A stretch of 64,000 bases of DNA from an uncultured virus (IMG/VR IMGVR_UViG_3300030329_003992). Lineage: Duplodnaviria > Heunggongvirae > Uroviricota > Caudoviricetes. Of this stretch, positions 9,363-21,800 are shown one piece after another (position 1 is the first letter of the stretch; each line of letters starts with the position of its first letter). The stretch is from the IMG/VR virus record IMGVR_UViG_3300030329_003992; one strand, written 5' to 3'. The translations under genes and the position numbers were made by a program. The notes under the pieces were generated by a model. It was not told the origin of the DNA. It made no database searches and saw only the letters and a program-made list of their open reading frames with translations.

Positions 9363-10219
9363 AAAAATTAGGAGTAGGTTTTACTTGCACCAATGATGGT
9401 ATCATTGCCGCTAGAGATGCGGGAACAGAATCAATTGGCGATTGGGTTATGTTGACATCTATTCCAGAAAATTTTTATAAATTAACTAATGATAAAATTT
9501 ATGATATACATCAACATTGGGCATTTGATAATAACCCATATGTTGACAGATCAGTGACCGCAGAACAACACGCACAATCTGGTATGAGTTTTGAAGGTGT
9601 TCCAGTATTTGATACACCAATAGGTAAACTTATAGACTTCAAACCATGTTGGTTTAAATCTTTTAGAGAGCATCCTGTTATGCTTTCTTTACATGATAAC
9701 TTTATGGCATATCTTGGAAGTGATCAATTAGGTTTTTTAAGACATCCAAGATTATATAAGTTTGAAGATTCAGAAATGATTCCCAATAGACTTATTATTC
9801 ATGCAGAGGGTGCAAAAAATAAACGTGTACCTAGAATCATGAATGATGATGTTGTTCAATATATACTTGACAAATACAAAAACTATGATATAATACAAGT
9901 AGGTGGATCTTCTGATAAAGTAATAGAAGGAACTGTAAACAATTTGGGAATGGATTATTGGGAAGTTGTTGAATTGATTGCATCATGTTCTATTTTTATT
10001 GGCATAGATTCAGGACCATTTCATATAGCACAAGCATATCCTAGAATTAATAGAAAATTAATAGTAACAACAGACCAATTAGAAAAAAAAGATTGGATGC
10101 CCGATGGTTGGATTTTGGATCAACAACATGATCCATCATTGTGGTATGATTGGGATACAATGTTTTATAATGAATTAGATAGAGATGTTGGATTAACAAC
10201 AAGTTACTTAAAAATATGA
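9347..10219 (+). CDS. GT9-like (heptosyltransferase-related) glycosyltransferase
   Basis: IGD, DNNPYVD, IIQVG, FIGIDSGPFHIA. Confidence 0.7.
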   Translation: METEVKKLGVGFTCTNDGIIAARDAGTESIGDWVMLTSIPENFYKLTNDKIYDIHQHWAFDNNPYVDRSVTAEQHAQSGMSFEGVPVFDTPIGKLIDFKPCWFKSFREHPVMLSLHDNFMAYLGSDQLGFLRHPRLYKFEDSEMIPNRLIIHAEGAKNKRVPRIMNDDVVQYILDKYKNYDIIQVGGSSDKVIEGTVNNLGMDYWEVVELIASCSIFIGIDSGPFHIAQAYPRINRKLIVTTDQLEKKDWMPDGWILDQQHDPSLWYDWDTMFYNELDRDVGLTTSYLKI

Positions 10220-10226
10220 GGTAAGC

Positions 10227-11051
10227 ATGACATTAACTGTGACAGATAAACAAGAGGGTGAACTTACTCAATTTGGTATGCATTTTAGACAAGATAAAAT
10301 AGGAGATGGATTAATTTATTCATCTTGTCCAGAAAATTTTTATAATGCGGGCAAAGGAAAAATACTTGATGCAAAAAGGGCATGGTTCTTTGACCACAAT
10401 CCCTATGTTGTTAGAAGTGGAAGAGCAAGAATGACAATTGATATGCAAAGTTTTGCAGATCAAACAACATTTTTTAATTATGGCAGAAGTGGTTTGCCAT
10501 GTTTTTTATCTGTAGCTGATAGATTTAATACTAAGTTTGGTGTTCCTACAAGATTAAGGCATCCAAGATTATATAAGTATGAAGATATTAATAAAATTCC
10601 AAACAAAGTAGTTGTACATACAACTGGTGATGTGAAAGAACCAATTGCACTTTATGAAGATAGAGGTGCGACTATGGATGAGGAAGTAAAAGATGTTATT
10701 GCTGAAAATTATAAACAATATGACATAGTACAAATAGGAGGAAAAGATGATAGTCCTTTTGAAAGAGGATGTATTGATAAAAGAGGATTACCTATTTGGG
10801 ATTCAGTAAAAGAAATAGCAGAGGCAGCAATTTTTATTGGTGTTGATAGTGGTCCAATGAACATTGCTTTATGTTATCCAAGAACACAAATAAGATGTTA
10901 TGAACCACAATTTCCTGCGATGGTTTGGGAAAATTTTTATATTCCAATGGATGCAAATTTTCCACATAATCAATGGAAAGATTGGGGAATTAAAATATTT
11001 AATAGATATGATGCAGATTTAGGTGTTTCTTATTCTTACTTAAAGATATGA
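10227..11051 (+). CDS. GT9-like glycosyltransferase, paralog of the preceding gene
   Basis: IGD, DHNPYV, IVQIG, FIGVDSGPMNIA; shares LRHPRLYK and the SYLKI C-terminus with 9347-10219. Confidence 0.7.
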   Translation: MTLTVTDKQEGELTQFGMHFRQDKIGDGLIYSSCPENFYNAGKGKILDAKRAWFFDHNPYVVRSGRARMTIDMQSFADQTTFFNYGRSGLPCFLSVADRFNTKFGVPTRLRHPRLYKYEDINKIPNKVVVHTTGDVKEPIALYEDRGATMDEEVKDVIAENYKQYDIVQIGGKDDSPFERGCIDKRGLPIWDSVKEIAEAAIFIGVDSGPMNIALCYPRTQIRCYEPQFPAMVWENFYIPMDANFPHNQWKDWGIKIFNRYDADLGVSYSYLKI

Positions 11052-11542
11052 TTAAAACAATTTCTTATAAAGGAAAAATATATCCTGAATTTCAAGCAAA
11101 TGGATTTGCTGCAAAATACATACATCCCTTTGCTAAAGAAGTTTGCACTGGTATGGGTTTTGATATTGGATGTAATAGAAAAGAATGGTGTTTTCCTGGA
11201 GCAGTTCCAATTGATTTAGAGTTTGATGATGAATGGCATGCTTTAAATTTACCATATGATGTTGATTATATTTTTAGTTCACATATGTTAGAACACGTTG
11301 ATGGTGATTGGGTTGACGTTTTAGATTATTGGACTCAGCATTTAAATACAGGTGGTACTTTGTTTTTATATCTTCCACATTACAATCAAGAATATTGGAG
11401 GCCGTGGAACGATAGAAAACATAGATATATATTTACAGCAGAAATTATTGAAGACTACATGAAGGACCGAGGATATGTTAAAATATTCTCATCGCAAAAA
11501 GATTTAAATGACTCATTTGCGGTCATGGGAATGAAAATATGA
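11048..11542 (+). CDS. Class I SAM-dependent methyltransferase
   Basis: GFDIGC, DYIFSSHMLEH, GGTLFLYLP. Confidence 0.85.
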   Translation: MIKTISYKGKIYPEFQANGFAAKYIHPFAKEVCTGMGFDIGCNRKEWCFPGAVPIDLEFDDEWHALNLPYDVDYIFSSHMLEHVDGDWVDVLDYWTQHLNTGGTLFLYLPHYNQEYWRPWNDRKHRYIFTAEIIEDYMKDRGYVKIFSSQKDLNDSFAVMGMKI

Positions 11543-12483
11543 GAGAAGAAATAAGAATTAGATATAAACAAATTATGGGAATTAATCCAGCCCATGCACC
11601 AGGCCAAGGTGAAAATCAAAAGACTATGGGTAATGATCCAAGAAATATGCATCAAGCACCATGGAGAATAGGTGATTTAGTTTCTTTGATGATTTGTGCA
11701 AATTTTAAAAAATTAGTTAATAATTCATATGTTAAGTATGAATATGTTGATGAACTTCATAAAAGTATGAGAGCTGATATCATATTTAAAAATGTAATAA
11801 ATGAAACAATACTCCATATTGATGATGAAGTTAAGGGTGATTTTAGTGATGTTTATGATCCAGGATTACTTTGGTTAGCGGCACCATATTATGTAAAAAC
11901 ATATGGCTATGATATTATTCCAGAATTAAATTGGGATGATGATGAGTATGATGGACCAGATTTACCAAAAGGTGAGTACATTATTTTTTGTCCTTTGACG
12001 GATGCTCAATATAATCTTGAAAGAAATATGTCACAAGAGTTAGTTGAGTCTATGTGTTTGAAATTAAAAGAAAAATTTGGTGATAGTCTATATGTTATAG
12101 TAAATCCTAATAATGAAAACCTCGTAGATTCAAATAATATAAATAGAATTATCTCGGATAGAATATATGATTTAGCATACATCATAGCACATTCAAAATG
12201 CTTCATTGGTGGTGACACAGGATTCAGTCATTTAGCAGGAAGCTCACGGTTAAAACAACAAATATGTCTTGGTTGGCCAAAACAAAGAATTGAGAAGTTT
12301 AATTATTCTGATTGGCCTTGGTTTTTTATTAATCCATTTTCCCTACAGGGACAATTTATGAATCATACTTGGGATATGTACCCACAAGTTGATAAATCAG
12401 TAACAGATTATCATGAATTTCTACTTGAAAATAATACATTGAGTGAAGCACAAATAGATAAATTAATAACAATAATAGAATAG
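11539..12483 (+). CDS. GT9-like glycosyltransferase
   Basis: RIGD and FIGGDTGFSHLA. Confidence 0.6.
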   Translation: MREEIRIRYKQIMGINPAHAPGQGENQKTMGNDPRNMHQAPWRIGDLVSLMICANFKKLVNNSYVKYEYVDELHKSMRADIIFKNVINETILHIDDEVKGDFSDVYDPGLLWLAAPYYVKTYGYDIIPELNWDDDEYDGPDLPKGEYIIFCPLTDAQYNLERNMSQELVESMCLKLKEKFGDSLYVIVNPNNENLVDSNNINRIISDRIYDLAYIIAHSKCFIGGDTGFSHLAGSSRLKQQICLGWPKQRIEKFNYSDWPWFFINPFSLQGQFMNHTWDMYPQVDKSVTDYHEFLLENNTLSEAQIDKLITIIE

Positions 12484-12494
12484 AAGGAATAGAA

Positions 12495-14456
12495 ATGCCA
12501 TTACCTACAGAGTATCAATCATTCATCCATCTTTCCAGATATGCAAGATGGGATTATGAAAAGAAAAGACGTGAAACATGGGAAGAAACAGTTAATAGAT
12601 ATTTTGATTTTTTTGCCGATCACTTAAAAGAAAACCATGGATTTAAATTAGACAATGGAGAAAGAATTAAGATACAAGATGCGGTAATTGATCTAAAAGT
12701 TATGCCTTCTATGAGATGTTTGATGACTGCGGGCGAAGCTCTTAAAAAAGAAAATACAGCAGGATATAATTGTTCTTATATTAAAGTAGATAATCAAAGA
12801 TCTTTTGATGAAATTTTATATGTATTAATGAATGGAACAGGAGTAGGATTTTCTGTTGAAGATGAATATACAAATCAATTACCAGTTGTTCCAGATGAGT
12901 TATATGAAACTGATACAGTAGTTGTTGTAGCTGATTCTAAATTAGGTTGGGCTAAAGCACTGAAAGAATTAGTTTCTTTATTGTATGGTGGACATATAGC
13001 AAAGTGGGATGTTTCTAAAGTAAGAGCGGCAGGTACACCACTTAAAACATTTGGCGGCCGTGCGTCTGGACCAGAACCTTTAGTTGATTTATTTAATTTT
13101 GTCATAAATACATTTAAGAACGCAACAGGAAGAAAGTTAAAGTCTATTGAGTGTCATGATATCGTTTGTAAAATCGCAGAAATTGTTGTCGTGGGCGGTG
13201 TTAGGCGTTCTGCTCTTATCAGTCTTTCTAATCTTAATGATCGTGAAATGCGATTCGCAAAATCAGGATCTTGGTGGGAAGCTAACGTACAACGAGCACT
13301 CGCAAACAATTCGGTTAACTATAAAGAAAAGCCAGACGTTGGTACTTTCATGCGAGAGTGGCTCAGTCTCTACGATAGTAAATCCGGGGAACGGGGGATT
13401 TATAGCAGTCTGTCGGCCCAAAAGCATGTTGAACAATTAAACAAACAGGAAACAGATGGAGATGGAAATTTTATTCAGCGACGAGAACCAAGAACAGACT
13501 TTGGAACTAACCCCTGCAGTGAGATCATCCTTAGAAGCAGAGAGTTCTGCAATCTTAGTGAAGTCGTTATCAGAAGATCAGACGATGTCCAATCTTTGGA
13601 AGAAAAAGTTAGATTTGCAACTATCATTGGCACCTTCCAATCCACTCTTACCAATTTCAAATACTTGTCAAGAGAATGGAAACGAAATTGTGACGACGAG
13701 CGACTTCTTGGAGTATCTCTTACAGGAATAATGGACAATCCTTTAACTAACGGAACTAAAAAGGGATTAGATGAATTACTTGAAAGACTTAAAAAGGTGG
13801 CAGTGGAAACTAACAAAGAGTATGCAGAGAAACTTGGAATTCCTAGAAGCGCCGCCATTACTTGTGTCAAACCCTCTGGCACTGTTAGTCAGTTGGTCGA
13901 TAGCGCTAGTGGTATTCATTCCCGTCACAATCCTTATTATATCAGAACTGTGAGAGCAGACAACAAAGATCCATTGTGCGTGTTCATGAAAGAAGCAGGA
14001 TTTCCTAATGAACCAGATGTAACTAAACCACAACATACAAGTGTATTTTCTTTTCCTATGGAAAGTCCAAAAGGTGCGGTGTGTAGACAAGATGTATCAT
14101 CACAAAAACAATTAGATCTTTGGCATACATATGCTAAAAAGTGGTGTGAACATAAACCATCAGTAACTATTTCAGTTAAAGAAGATGAATGGGTAGATAC
14201 TGCTGCATGGGTGTATGAAAAATTTGATGACATTTCTGGTATTAGTTTTTTACCTTTTAGTGATCATAGTTATCAACAAGCACCATATCAAGATTGTACT
14301 AAAGAAGAATATGAAGAACTATTAAAAACAATGCCAAAAAATGTTGATTGGTCTGACTTATCAAAATATGAAGAACAAGATTATACGGCAGGAGCACAAG
14401 AATTAGCTTGTGCTGCAGATGGTGGATGTGAAGTAGTAGATCTACCAACAACATAA
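12495..14456 (+). CDS. nrdJ: Class II (adenosylcobalamin-dependent) ribonucleotide reductase
   Basis: YNCS, GTGVGFSVE, GGVRRSA, GTNPCSEI, FCNLSEV, TCVKPSGTVSQL, C-terminal CAADGGC; no adjacent small subunit. Confidence 0.93.
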   Translation: MPLPTEYQSFIHLSRYARWDYEKKRRETWEETVNRYFDFFADHLKENHGFKLDNGERIKIQDAVIDLKVMPSMRCLMTAGEALKKENTAGYNCSYIKVDNQRSFDEILYVLMNGTGVGFSVEDEYTNQLPVVPDELYETDTVVVVADSKLGWAKALKELVSLLYGGHIAKWDVSKVRAAGTPLKTFGGRASGPEPLVDLFNFVINTFKNATGRKLKSIECHDIVCKIAEIVVVGGVRRSALISLSNLNDREMRFAKSGSWWEANVQRALANNSVNYKEKPDVGTFMREWLSLYDSKSGERGIYSSLSAQKHVEQLNKQETDGDGNFIQRREPRTDFGTNPCSEIILRSREFCNLSEVVIRRSDDVQSLEEKVRFATIIGTFQSTLTNFKYLSREWKRNCDDERLLGVSLTGIMDNPLTNGTKKGLDELLERLKKVAVETNKEYAEKLGIPRSAAITCVKPSGTVSQLVDSASGIHSRHNPYYIRTVRADNKDPLCVFMKEAGFPNEPDVTKPQHTSVFSFPMESPKGAVCRQDVSSQKQLDLWHTYAKKWCEHKPSVTISVKEDEWVDTAAWVYEKFDDISGISFLPFSDHSYQQAPYQDCTKEEYEELLKTMPKNVDWSDLSKYEEQDYTAGAQELACAADGGCEVVDLPTT

Positions 14457-14464
14457 AGGAACAT

Positions 14465-15481
14465 ATGAGAATTCATGAAAAAGAATATGTGACTATACCA
14501 AAAGTTATATTAAACTTAAAACTTGCAAGTTTATATGCATACAATACTAGAACTGAACAACCTTCTTTTAAAAAAGATATAAAAAATAAAACAGATTTTT
14601 TTAATCTAATCCAAGGAGATGTTGCAGATTTTAAAAGTTATGGATTAAATTTTGCAGAATTACATTTTAATATTCCAAAATTCTCTAAAAATAATTCAAT
14701 AACAATGAAGTCAATGTATGGTTGCATTTTAGATTTATGCAACCATACTGGTGGATCATCAACCTATGGCTTTAAATCAAACATTTGGTTTGATCTTGAT
14801 TTGAGAAAAGGAAATGATGTAAAAGAACAAACAACTTTAGTTGAACAACTTCTTCGTTCATACAAAGAAAGAGAAGATTATTATGGTGGAGTTAATCTAA
14901 TAGTTGATTCTAGAGTTGAACCAGAAACACTACAAATTGTAGAAAAATTTTTGGTTACAAAAGCTCTAAAATCAAAATTAGAAAGAGGTTTGTCTTTTGA
15001 ATTTGACGTAAAAGATGTTCTAGATCTTAATGAAAAACAAATTGGTGAACAGATAAAGTCATGGCTTTTGTTTTTGAAATCTTTTTGTCAAAGAAAAAGA
15101 TTGCATATTTCTTGGGAAACTAACACTTTGATTGATGATTTTCAAAAAATTTTTTCAGAAGGAATGTCATACCATCTAGAAAATTTTGATATACCTGTAA
15201 CTTTATCTCCGTACTATCAGTATCAAGAAGAAAAAGATATAAAAGTTCATGATACTTATGAATCAAAAAGAAATTATGGTGTGACATTAGATCACGCACA
15301 ATCTATGTTGGGGAAAAAAGCAATTCCTTTTTCTTGGGGCCATTATGTAAACAGTAATTATTCCTATAAAAATGTCATGAATGACGTTTATCATGATGGT
15401 GTTTCTAAACAAAGAAGTATAGAATCTTTACAATCAGTTCATCTTAGAGATTTGTATAATAGACATTTGAAGCATTTATAA
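14465..15481 (+). CDS. Hypothetical protein, 338 aa
   Basis: AAGGA RBS, long ORF; no motif recognised. Confidence 0.6.
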   Translation: MRIHEKEYVTIPKVILNLKLASLYAYNTRTEQPSFKKDIKNKTDFFNLIQGDVADFKSYGLNFAELHFNIPKFSKNNSITMKSMYGCILDLCNHTGGSSTYGFKSNIWFDLDLRKGNDVKEQTTLVEQLLRSYKEREDYYGGVNLIVDSRVEPETLQIVEKFLVTKALKSKLERGLSFEFDVKDVLDLNEKQIGEQIKSWLLFLKSFCQRKRLHISWETNTLIDDFQKIFSEGMSYHLENFDIPVTLSPYYQYQEEKDIKVHDTYESKRNYGVTLDHAQSMLGKKAIPFSWGHYVNSNYSYKNVMNDVYHDGVSKQRSIESLQSVHLRDLYNRHLKHL

Positions 15482-15491
15482 AAATAAATTT

Positions 15492-15508
15492 CCTAAATAT
15501 TATAAGTA
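15492..15508 (+). promoter_or_regulatory. Possible T4-like late promoter(s) ahead of the tail module
   Basis: CCTAAATA 15492-15499 and TATAAGTA 15501-15508, near-matches to TATAAATA, in the gap before the structural genes. Confidence 0.4.
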
Positions 15509-15533
15509 CTATAATATTATATTTGGGAGAGAA

Positions 15534-15869
15534 ATGGCTCAGTCATTAAATTTAACAATTGATCAAGGTTCTGATTTTTTAGTAAATTTGACAGTTACAG
15601 ATGAATCTGGTGTTGCTTATGATCTAACACAATGGACTGCAAATTCTTCTTTTAGAAAACATCATACCGCCTCTACATATTATGATTTTACTACAGAAAA
15701 TGTAGTTCCTGGAAATGGCAACTTAAACATATTAATGCCCGGTGTTAATTCAGCTGCAATACCAGCTGGAAGATATGTTTATGATGTTGTTCTAAAATCT
15801 ACATCAAATACTGCGGTTAAAAGAGTCTTACAAGGTACAGTAAAAGTAGATCCGAAAGTATCTCGATAG
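15534..15869 (+). CDS. Small Ig-like baseplate/fibre attachment protein
   Basis: NLTIDQGSDF...GRYVYDV...RVLQGTV.V.P.V pattern. Confidence 0.7.
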   Translation: MAQSLNLTIDQGSDFLVNLTVTDESGVAYDLTQWTANSSFRKHHTASTYYDFTTENVVPGNGNLNILMPGVNSAAIPAGRYVYDVVLKSTSNTAVKRVLQGTVKVDPKVSR

Positions 15870-15870
15870 T

Positions 15871-18800
15871 ATGGCTCAAGTTACGGTTCAAACGCCTGAT
15901 AGAGTTCAGGTAAAAGTTTCAGCCAATACTGTTCAATCTGCTTTTACAGTTGGTGATCCTGCCTTACGAACAATTGCGCCCTCTGGTTCTGAAACAATAG
16001 TAAATTTAGAAGGTAATACTAATGTAGCAGTAGCTGGTTCTTTAGCTAGTGTTATTAATTATTTCAGTGCTTTAGATGTAGATTTTGGTGTAGCAGGAAC
16101 TGGCGCAAATAATGATGTAGTTTTTGGTACTGCTTCTGTCAGAATAAATGGTAGGAGAGCACCAAACTATGTTCATGTCACTGATACAAATGGTTATATA
16201 AAAATAGGTGATGCAACACTAACACAAACTGGTGGAAAATTTTCATTAGGTGGAGACACATTAATTAATCTATCTAATTTGGAAGATGTTCCTTCAATAT
16301 CATCTGGTGATGCAGGTAAAGTATTAACTGTTAATTCTACAGAAGATGGTTATGAATATTCTACTGTTTCTGGTGGAGGTGGCGGAGGTGGTGCAACAAC
16401 CTATACTGCCTTAACTGATACTCCAGGTTCTTTGGGTACGGCAGGACAAGTGGTATCAGTTAATTCTACTGGAACTGCATTAGAATTTTCAACTATTAAT
16501 ATTCCAACAGTTGATAAAGCAACAATAGATGCTTTACTTATTAATGCAGCAACTTTAGATGGAAAAGATTCTACAGATTTACAAAATTATAATAATCTAT
16601 CAAACGCACCAACAATTCCATCCACAACTGGTGAATTAACTAATGATTCTGGATTCATTACAATTTCAGATGTACCAACATCATTAAGTGAATTAACTAA
16701 TGATACTAATTTTGCTAATGTAAGTTATGTTGATTCTCAAGTATCAGATCTGGTAAATAGTGCACCAGAAACAATGAATACTTTACAAGAACTATCAAAC
16801 GCATTACAAAATAATCCACAAACTGTTCAAACAATTTTAGATCAATTAGGAACCAAAGCTAATACTGCAATGTTAGCAGATATTGCAACCAATCCTACTT
16901 ATTATAATTTGACAAACAGACCCGTTATTTCTACAGTAGGTTTAACTGGTGAGTGGGAAGACATACTTTTTAAACCAGAATTATATACTCAACTTGAAGT
17001 TGCTGAAAAAATTGCAAATACAGTCACACAAAGTTATGTTAACGCATTATCTATAAATGCTGCAACTGTAGATAATAGAGACGCAACTAATTTTTTTGAA
17101 AGAAATAATCCACAATTTCCTTCATTGATTGGTGACTTTTCCAATGTTGATGCTAATACTAATTTAGCAGATGGAATGGTATTAATGTATCATTCTGCTA
17201 ATGATACTTTTGTTATGGGTAATGCATTAGGAACAGCAACAATAGGACAATTATTCAATGTTGATGTTGGAGTTGATAATATTACTTCTCCAGGTTATTT
17301 TATAAAATCAACTGGTAATGAAGGATCTGCGGAATGGGCAGCAGATTTATTAGAATTTGCAGATCTATCAAATACACCAACAACCATATCAGGTTATGGT
17401 ATTACAGATGCTTTTGATGGTGAATTTTCTTCTTTAACAAATACACCAACAACAATGTTGGGTTATGGTATTACAGATGCGTTTGATGGTGCATATTCAT
17501 CATTAGTTGGTGAACCAACTAAGTTAAGTGAATTTCAATATGATATTCATCCTAGTGTAAATTTATCTATAGCAAACACAGTTACATTTGATTTTATTCA
17601 ATCATTAAATGCAAATGTTGCATTTTTAAATGGACAAAATGGTGATCATTATCTTGACTATACAAATTTTACAAACAAACCATTAGGGTTGAGTGAATTT
17701 AATTATGATATACATCCTACTGTAAATTTATCTATAGCAAACACAGTTACTTCTGCGTTTGTTTCATCATTAAATGCAAATTCTGCTATAGCAAACAATG
17801 CTTTAAATCTTGGTGGTCAAAATGCATCTTATTATTTGAATTGGGAAAATTTTACAAATAAACCAACTGCGGTAAGTGATTTTACAAATGATTTAAATTT
17901 TGCTACACAGACATATGTAAATGATCAAATGTCTGGTTCAATAAATGCCTCATACTTAGGAACACAATTACCTTCATATTATTTGGATTATGACAATTTT
18001 ATAAACACACCATCAATCCCAGCGGCAGGTAATATTGATATTGGAGATTTAAAAGATGTTTCTAATACTGCACCATCAACAGGACAAGTATTAAAATGGG
18101 ATGGAAATCAATGGGGCCCAGGTGCTGATATTGTCGGTTCTGGTGGAGGCGGTGGCGGAGGCGGTTCAGGAAATGCAGATACATTAGATGGTTTTGATGG
18201 TTCATATTATTTGGATTGGACTAATGTATATGGCAAACCAACGGCGTTAAGTGATTTTACAAATGATTTAGATTTATCAAGTTTTGCTAATACTGTACAC
18301 TATGCTAATACTGCCTATGTTAATAATACAATTTTAGATATTGTTACAAAGTCATATGTTGATACTTTAAATTTAGAATATACTGCGTTAGCAAATACAC
18401 CAACATTATTAAGTCAATTTACAAATGATCCAGTTTTTGCTAATACAGATTATGTCAATACAACAATTGAATCTATTGTTACAAAATCATATGTAGAATC
18501 TTTTAATGTCAACTCTGCGTTCTTGGATGGTGAAACAAAAAGTTACTATCTTGATTATCAAAATTTTACAAACACTCCAACAATACCTACTAATTTAAGT
18601 GAGTTGGCTAATGATGTAAATTTTGTTGATACCACTTATGTTACAAGTGTTATAGAACCAAAAGCAAATACTACAATGCTAAGTGATTATGCATTGACAT
18701 CATATGTTGATACTAAAGTTGCTAATGTTGTTGATTCCGCTCCTGAGACATTAGATACATTAAAAGAATTGTCTGATGCTTTAGGTGCTGATGAAAATTT

Positions 18801-21800
18801 TTCAACAACAATGACAACCCAGCTAGGACTAAAAGCAAATACAGCAATGTTGTCAAATGTTGCAACCACAGGTGATTATACAGATTTATCAAACTTACCA
18901 GACTTAGATAATTTATCATCAATTCCTACTGCGTTAAGTCAGTTAGCAAATGATACTAACTTCATAGATCAAACTTTTGTTGAAAGTAAATTAGATATTA
19001 AAGCTAATACTGCAATGTTAGCAGATGTTGCTACTTCTGGATCATATACAGACTTGATTAATATTCCATCTTTAGCAGGAAATATAAGTGACCTAACAGA
19101 TGATGTTGGAATAGTAACAAGATCAAACATAAGTGATTATGGAATAGGAACTTTAGAAAATGTTGCAAATGGTGCAAATTCTACATCAACTTCTAATGGA
19201 ATGGTTCTTCTTTTTATTGCTAACAATTCATTAGAAACTGGTGGATTATGGACACCATCTACTATTGGTCAAATAAGTCAAGGTGTATTTCAAAGTTTTA
19301 CGGGAACACAATTATTAGGTTTAATTTCTACAGTAGGGACACCTGTTCCTGATTTTGATGCAGATAAGTTGGATAGTCAACAAGGATCATATTATCTTGA
19401 TTATCAAAATTTTACAAGTACCCCAACTAATCTTGATCAATTTAATAATGATCAAGAAAAATTAACAGATCATGATGGTAATTATATTGTATCAGAAAAT
19501 GCTGGTGTAGATACTATTGTAACTGAAGCTTCTGGTCCTGGTTTTGTTACATTAACAAATACAGTTACTACAATAGGATCAACAGTTAACAAAACATATA
19601 TTGATTTATTACAATCAAATGCAGGAACATTAAATTTTACACAAAAGACATTAACAGAAGCAGGTGATACTATTGTTACAGAAATAGCAGAACCAATACT
19701 TACGGAAAACTCTGGTGCTAAAGAATCATCATATTTTCTAGATTATACTAATTTACAAAATACACCTAATACTATTTCTGGTGTAGCAAATGTAGCACTA
19801 ACAGGAAATATTCATTCACTAAATGATGTCTCTGATGTATTACCAACTGATGGACAAATTTTAAAATGGTCTTCTTCAAATAGTTCATGGTATGCAGCAG
19901 ATGATGGTGGAGGTTCCGGTGGTGGCGGAGGCGGAGGATCTTTTTCTGGATTTGCGAATACATTAATTATTGGAACTCCAACTACTGACTATGGCGGTAG
20001 TTTATTACAAGATGGTGCAACAGTTGTTATGAAAGCAAATTCTACTGTAGCGGATGGGTTTGATATTTTAAATGAAACAATTTTAAATATTAGAAACAAT
20101 ACTTATGTGAGACACGCACAATTTACAATGTCAGTAACGGGTGAAGCCTCAGGACACTCTGGACACAATCACTCACCATTAACAGTTAATTTTACAGATA
20201 CGGGTGATTATACTCTAGCAAGTCCAACACATGAATGGACTTTTCAAACATCATCAGGGGATCAGACAAGTGGTGAAACAAATCCATCATTTACTTGGAA
20301 TGAAGCTAATGGTGGAGAGTTTCAAATTTCTCACAAAGTTTATAGTAATGATGTAGAATATCCTGGAAGTGCTGGTAGTTTTTCAATACATACAGCAAAT
20401 GTTGTTGTTACTACTCCACTACCTGTTCCAAGTTTTGTTGCGGACGTAACTACTTTTGATTTAGATGGTGGAGGAACACAAGTTACTTTTACAAATAATT
20501 CACAATCAGCTAATAGATTTTTATTTGATTTTGGAGATGGTACTACGTGGCCAACGGGTGGACAGCCAGATGATCCTACTGGTTCAGGAGCAGGAAATGC
20601 CGCTTGGTTAGAAACTTCAGCACCAGTTTCACACACATATACTGGAACAGTTGATCAAAGATTTACAGTAAAATTATATGCGTGGCATACAAGTCATGAT
20701 AGTTATACACCACATTCTAGTCACGTTATTAATCAAACTAGAACTAATTATTTAAGTGGGTATGTTGCAGCAACACCATCATTTACTTTTACTACTTTAA
20801 CAGGAAACAATCAAGCACCAGAAGATCAACCCGATGGATCAAATATTGAAGGACACAAAGTTACACTTACAAATACTACTTCAGGTGTAGGTAATTTTGG
20901 TCAACAATTTACATGGAAATTTGATGATGATGCTACTAACGCTTCATGGATTCAAGCACCTGGTGGTTCAACAGGAGAATCTTTAACTATAGATTCTCAA
21001 TCTGGTTCTCCTGGTGATTATAATGTAGATGTTGTTAGATATTTTAGACGTCAAAATACAAGTGTTCATGCAGCAATTGTTTATAAAGTAAAATTACAAG
21101 TTGTTACTGGACATTCAAATTCACCTTTTGAAACCGCAGAAACAGAAGTAGAAGTTTATAAAGATCCAAGAGCAAATTTTAGTTTTGGAATGAAAAATAA
21201 TCCTACAGGTCATGGTAGTTATAGTGCAACAAGTGTAGGATTTTTATTTACGGGATATGATGGTTTAGATTATAACATTGTAACATTTAATGATGATTCT
21301 GAAAATGTAAATGCTTGGCAATGGGATTTTAATAATGCGGGATCAATAGATCAATCTACCCAAGGTCCACATGATTATCAATATACAACATCTGGACAAA
21401 AATCTGTTAAGTTAATAGCAACAGGAACAACCTCAGAAAGTGCAACAGATGATACAGAAACTAAATCTGCTGCAATAACAATTAATCCTGCACCAAGTGC
21501 ACCAAATGGTATGTCTGGTAGTTTAAGTATAACAAACGGAACAACTGGTACTTCACCAAAAATAGCAACAGGAGCAACAGACAATAGTGGTGGTTCAATA
21601 CCAGCGGCAGGACAATCAGCAAAGAGAATTGTTAGTTCTGGTGATGTTGTTTCATCAACTTCAGATTGGTTTAGAGCATGGCCTGGTAATACAGACACAA
21701 CTGGTTCTGTAATGTCAATTATAAATGGTTCAATTGACAGTACAATAACTTTAGCAGTTTCTGGAAATGCACAAACATCTGGTACTTTAGAAATTACTCA

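Noticed and set aside
13430..13500. Possible intein or intron in nrdJ near the active-site motif
   Set aside because: Only a short loop insertion; no intein termini or endonuclease motifs, and the frame is continuous
12875..14233. Several overlapping alternative-frame ORFs in nrdJ
   Set aside because: Fully nested in a well-conserved gene; explained by locally fewer stop codons
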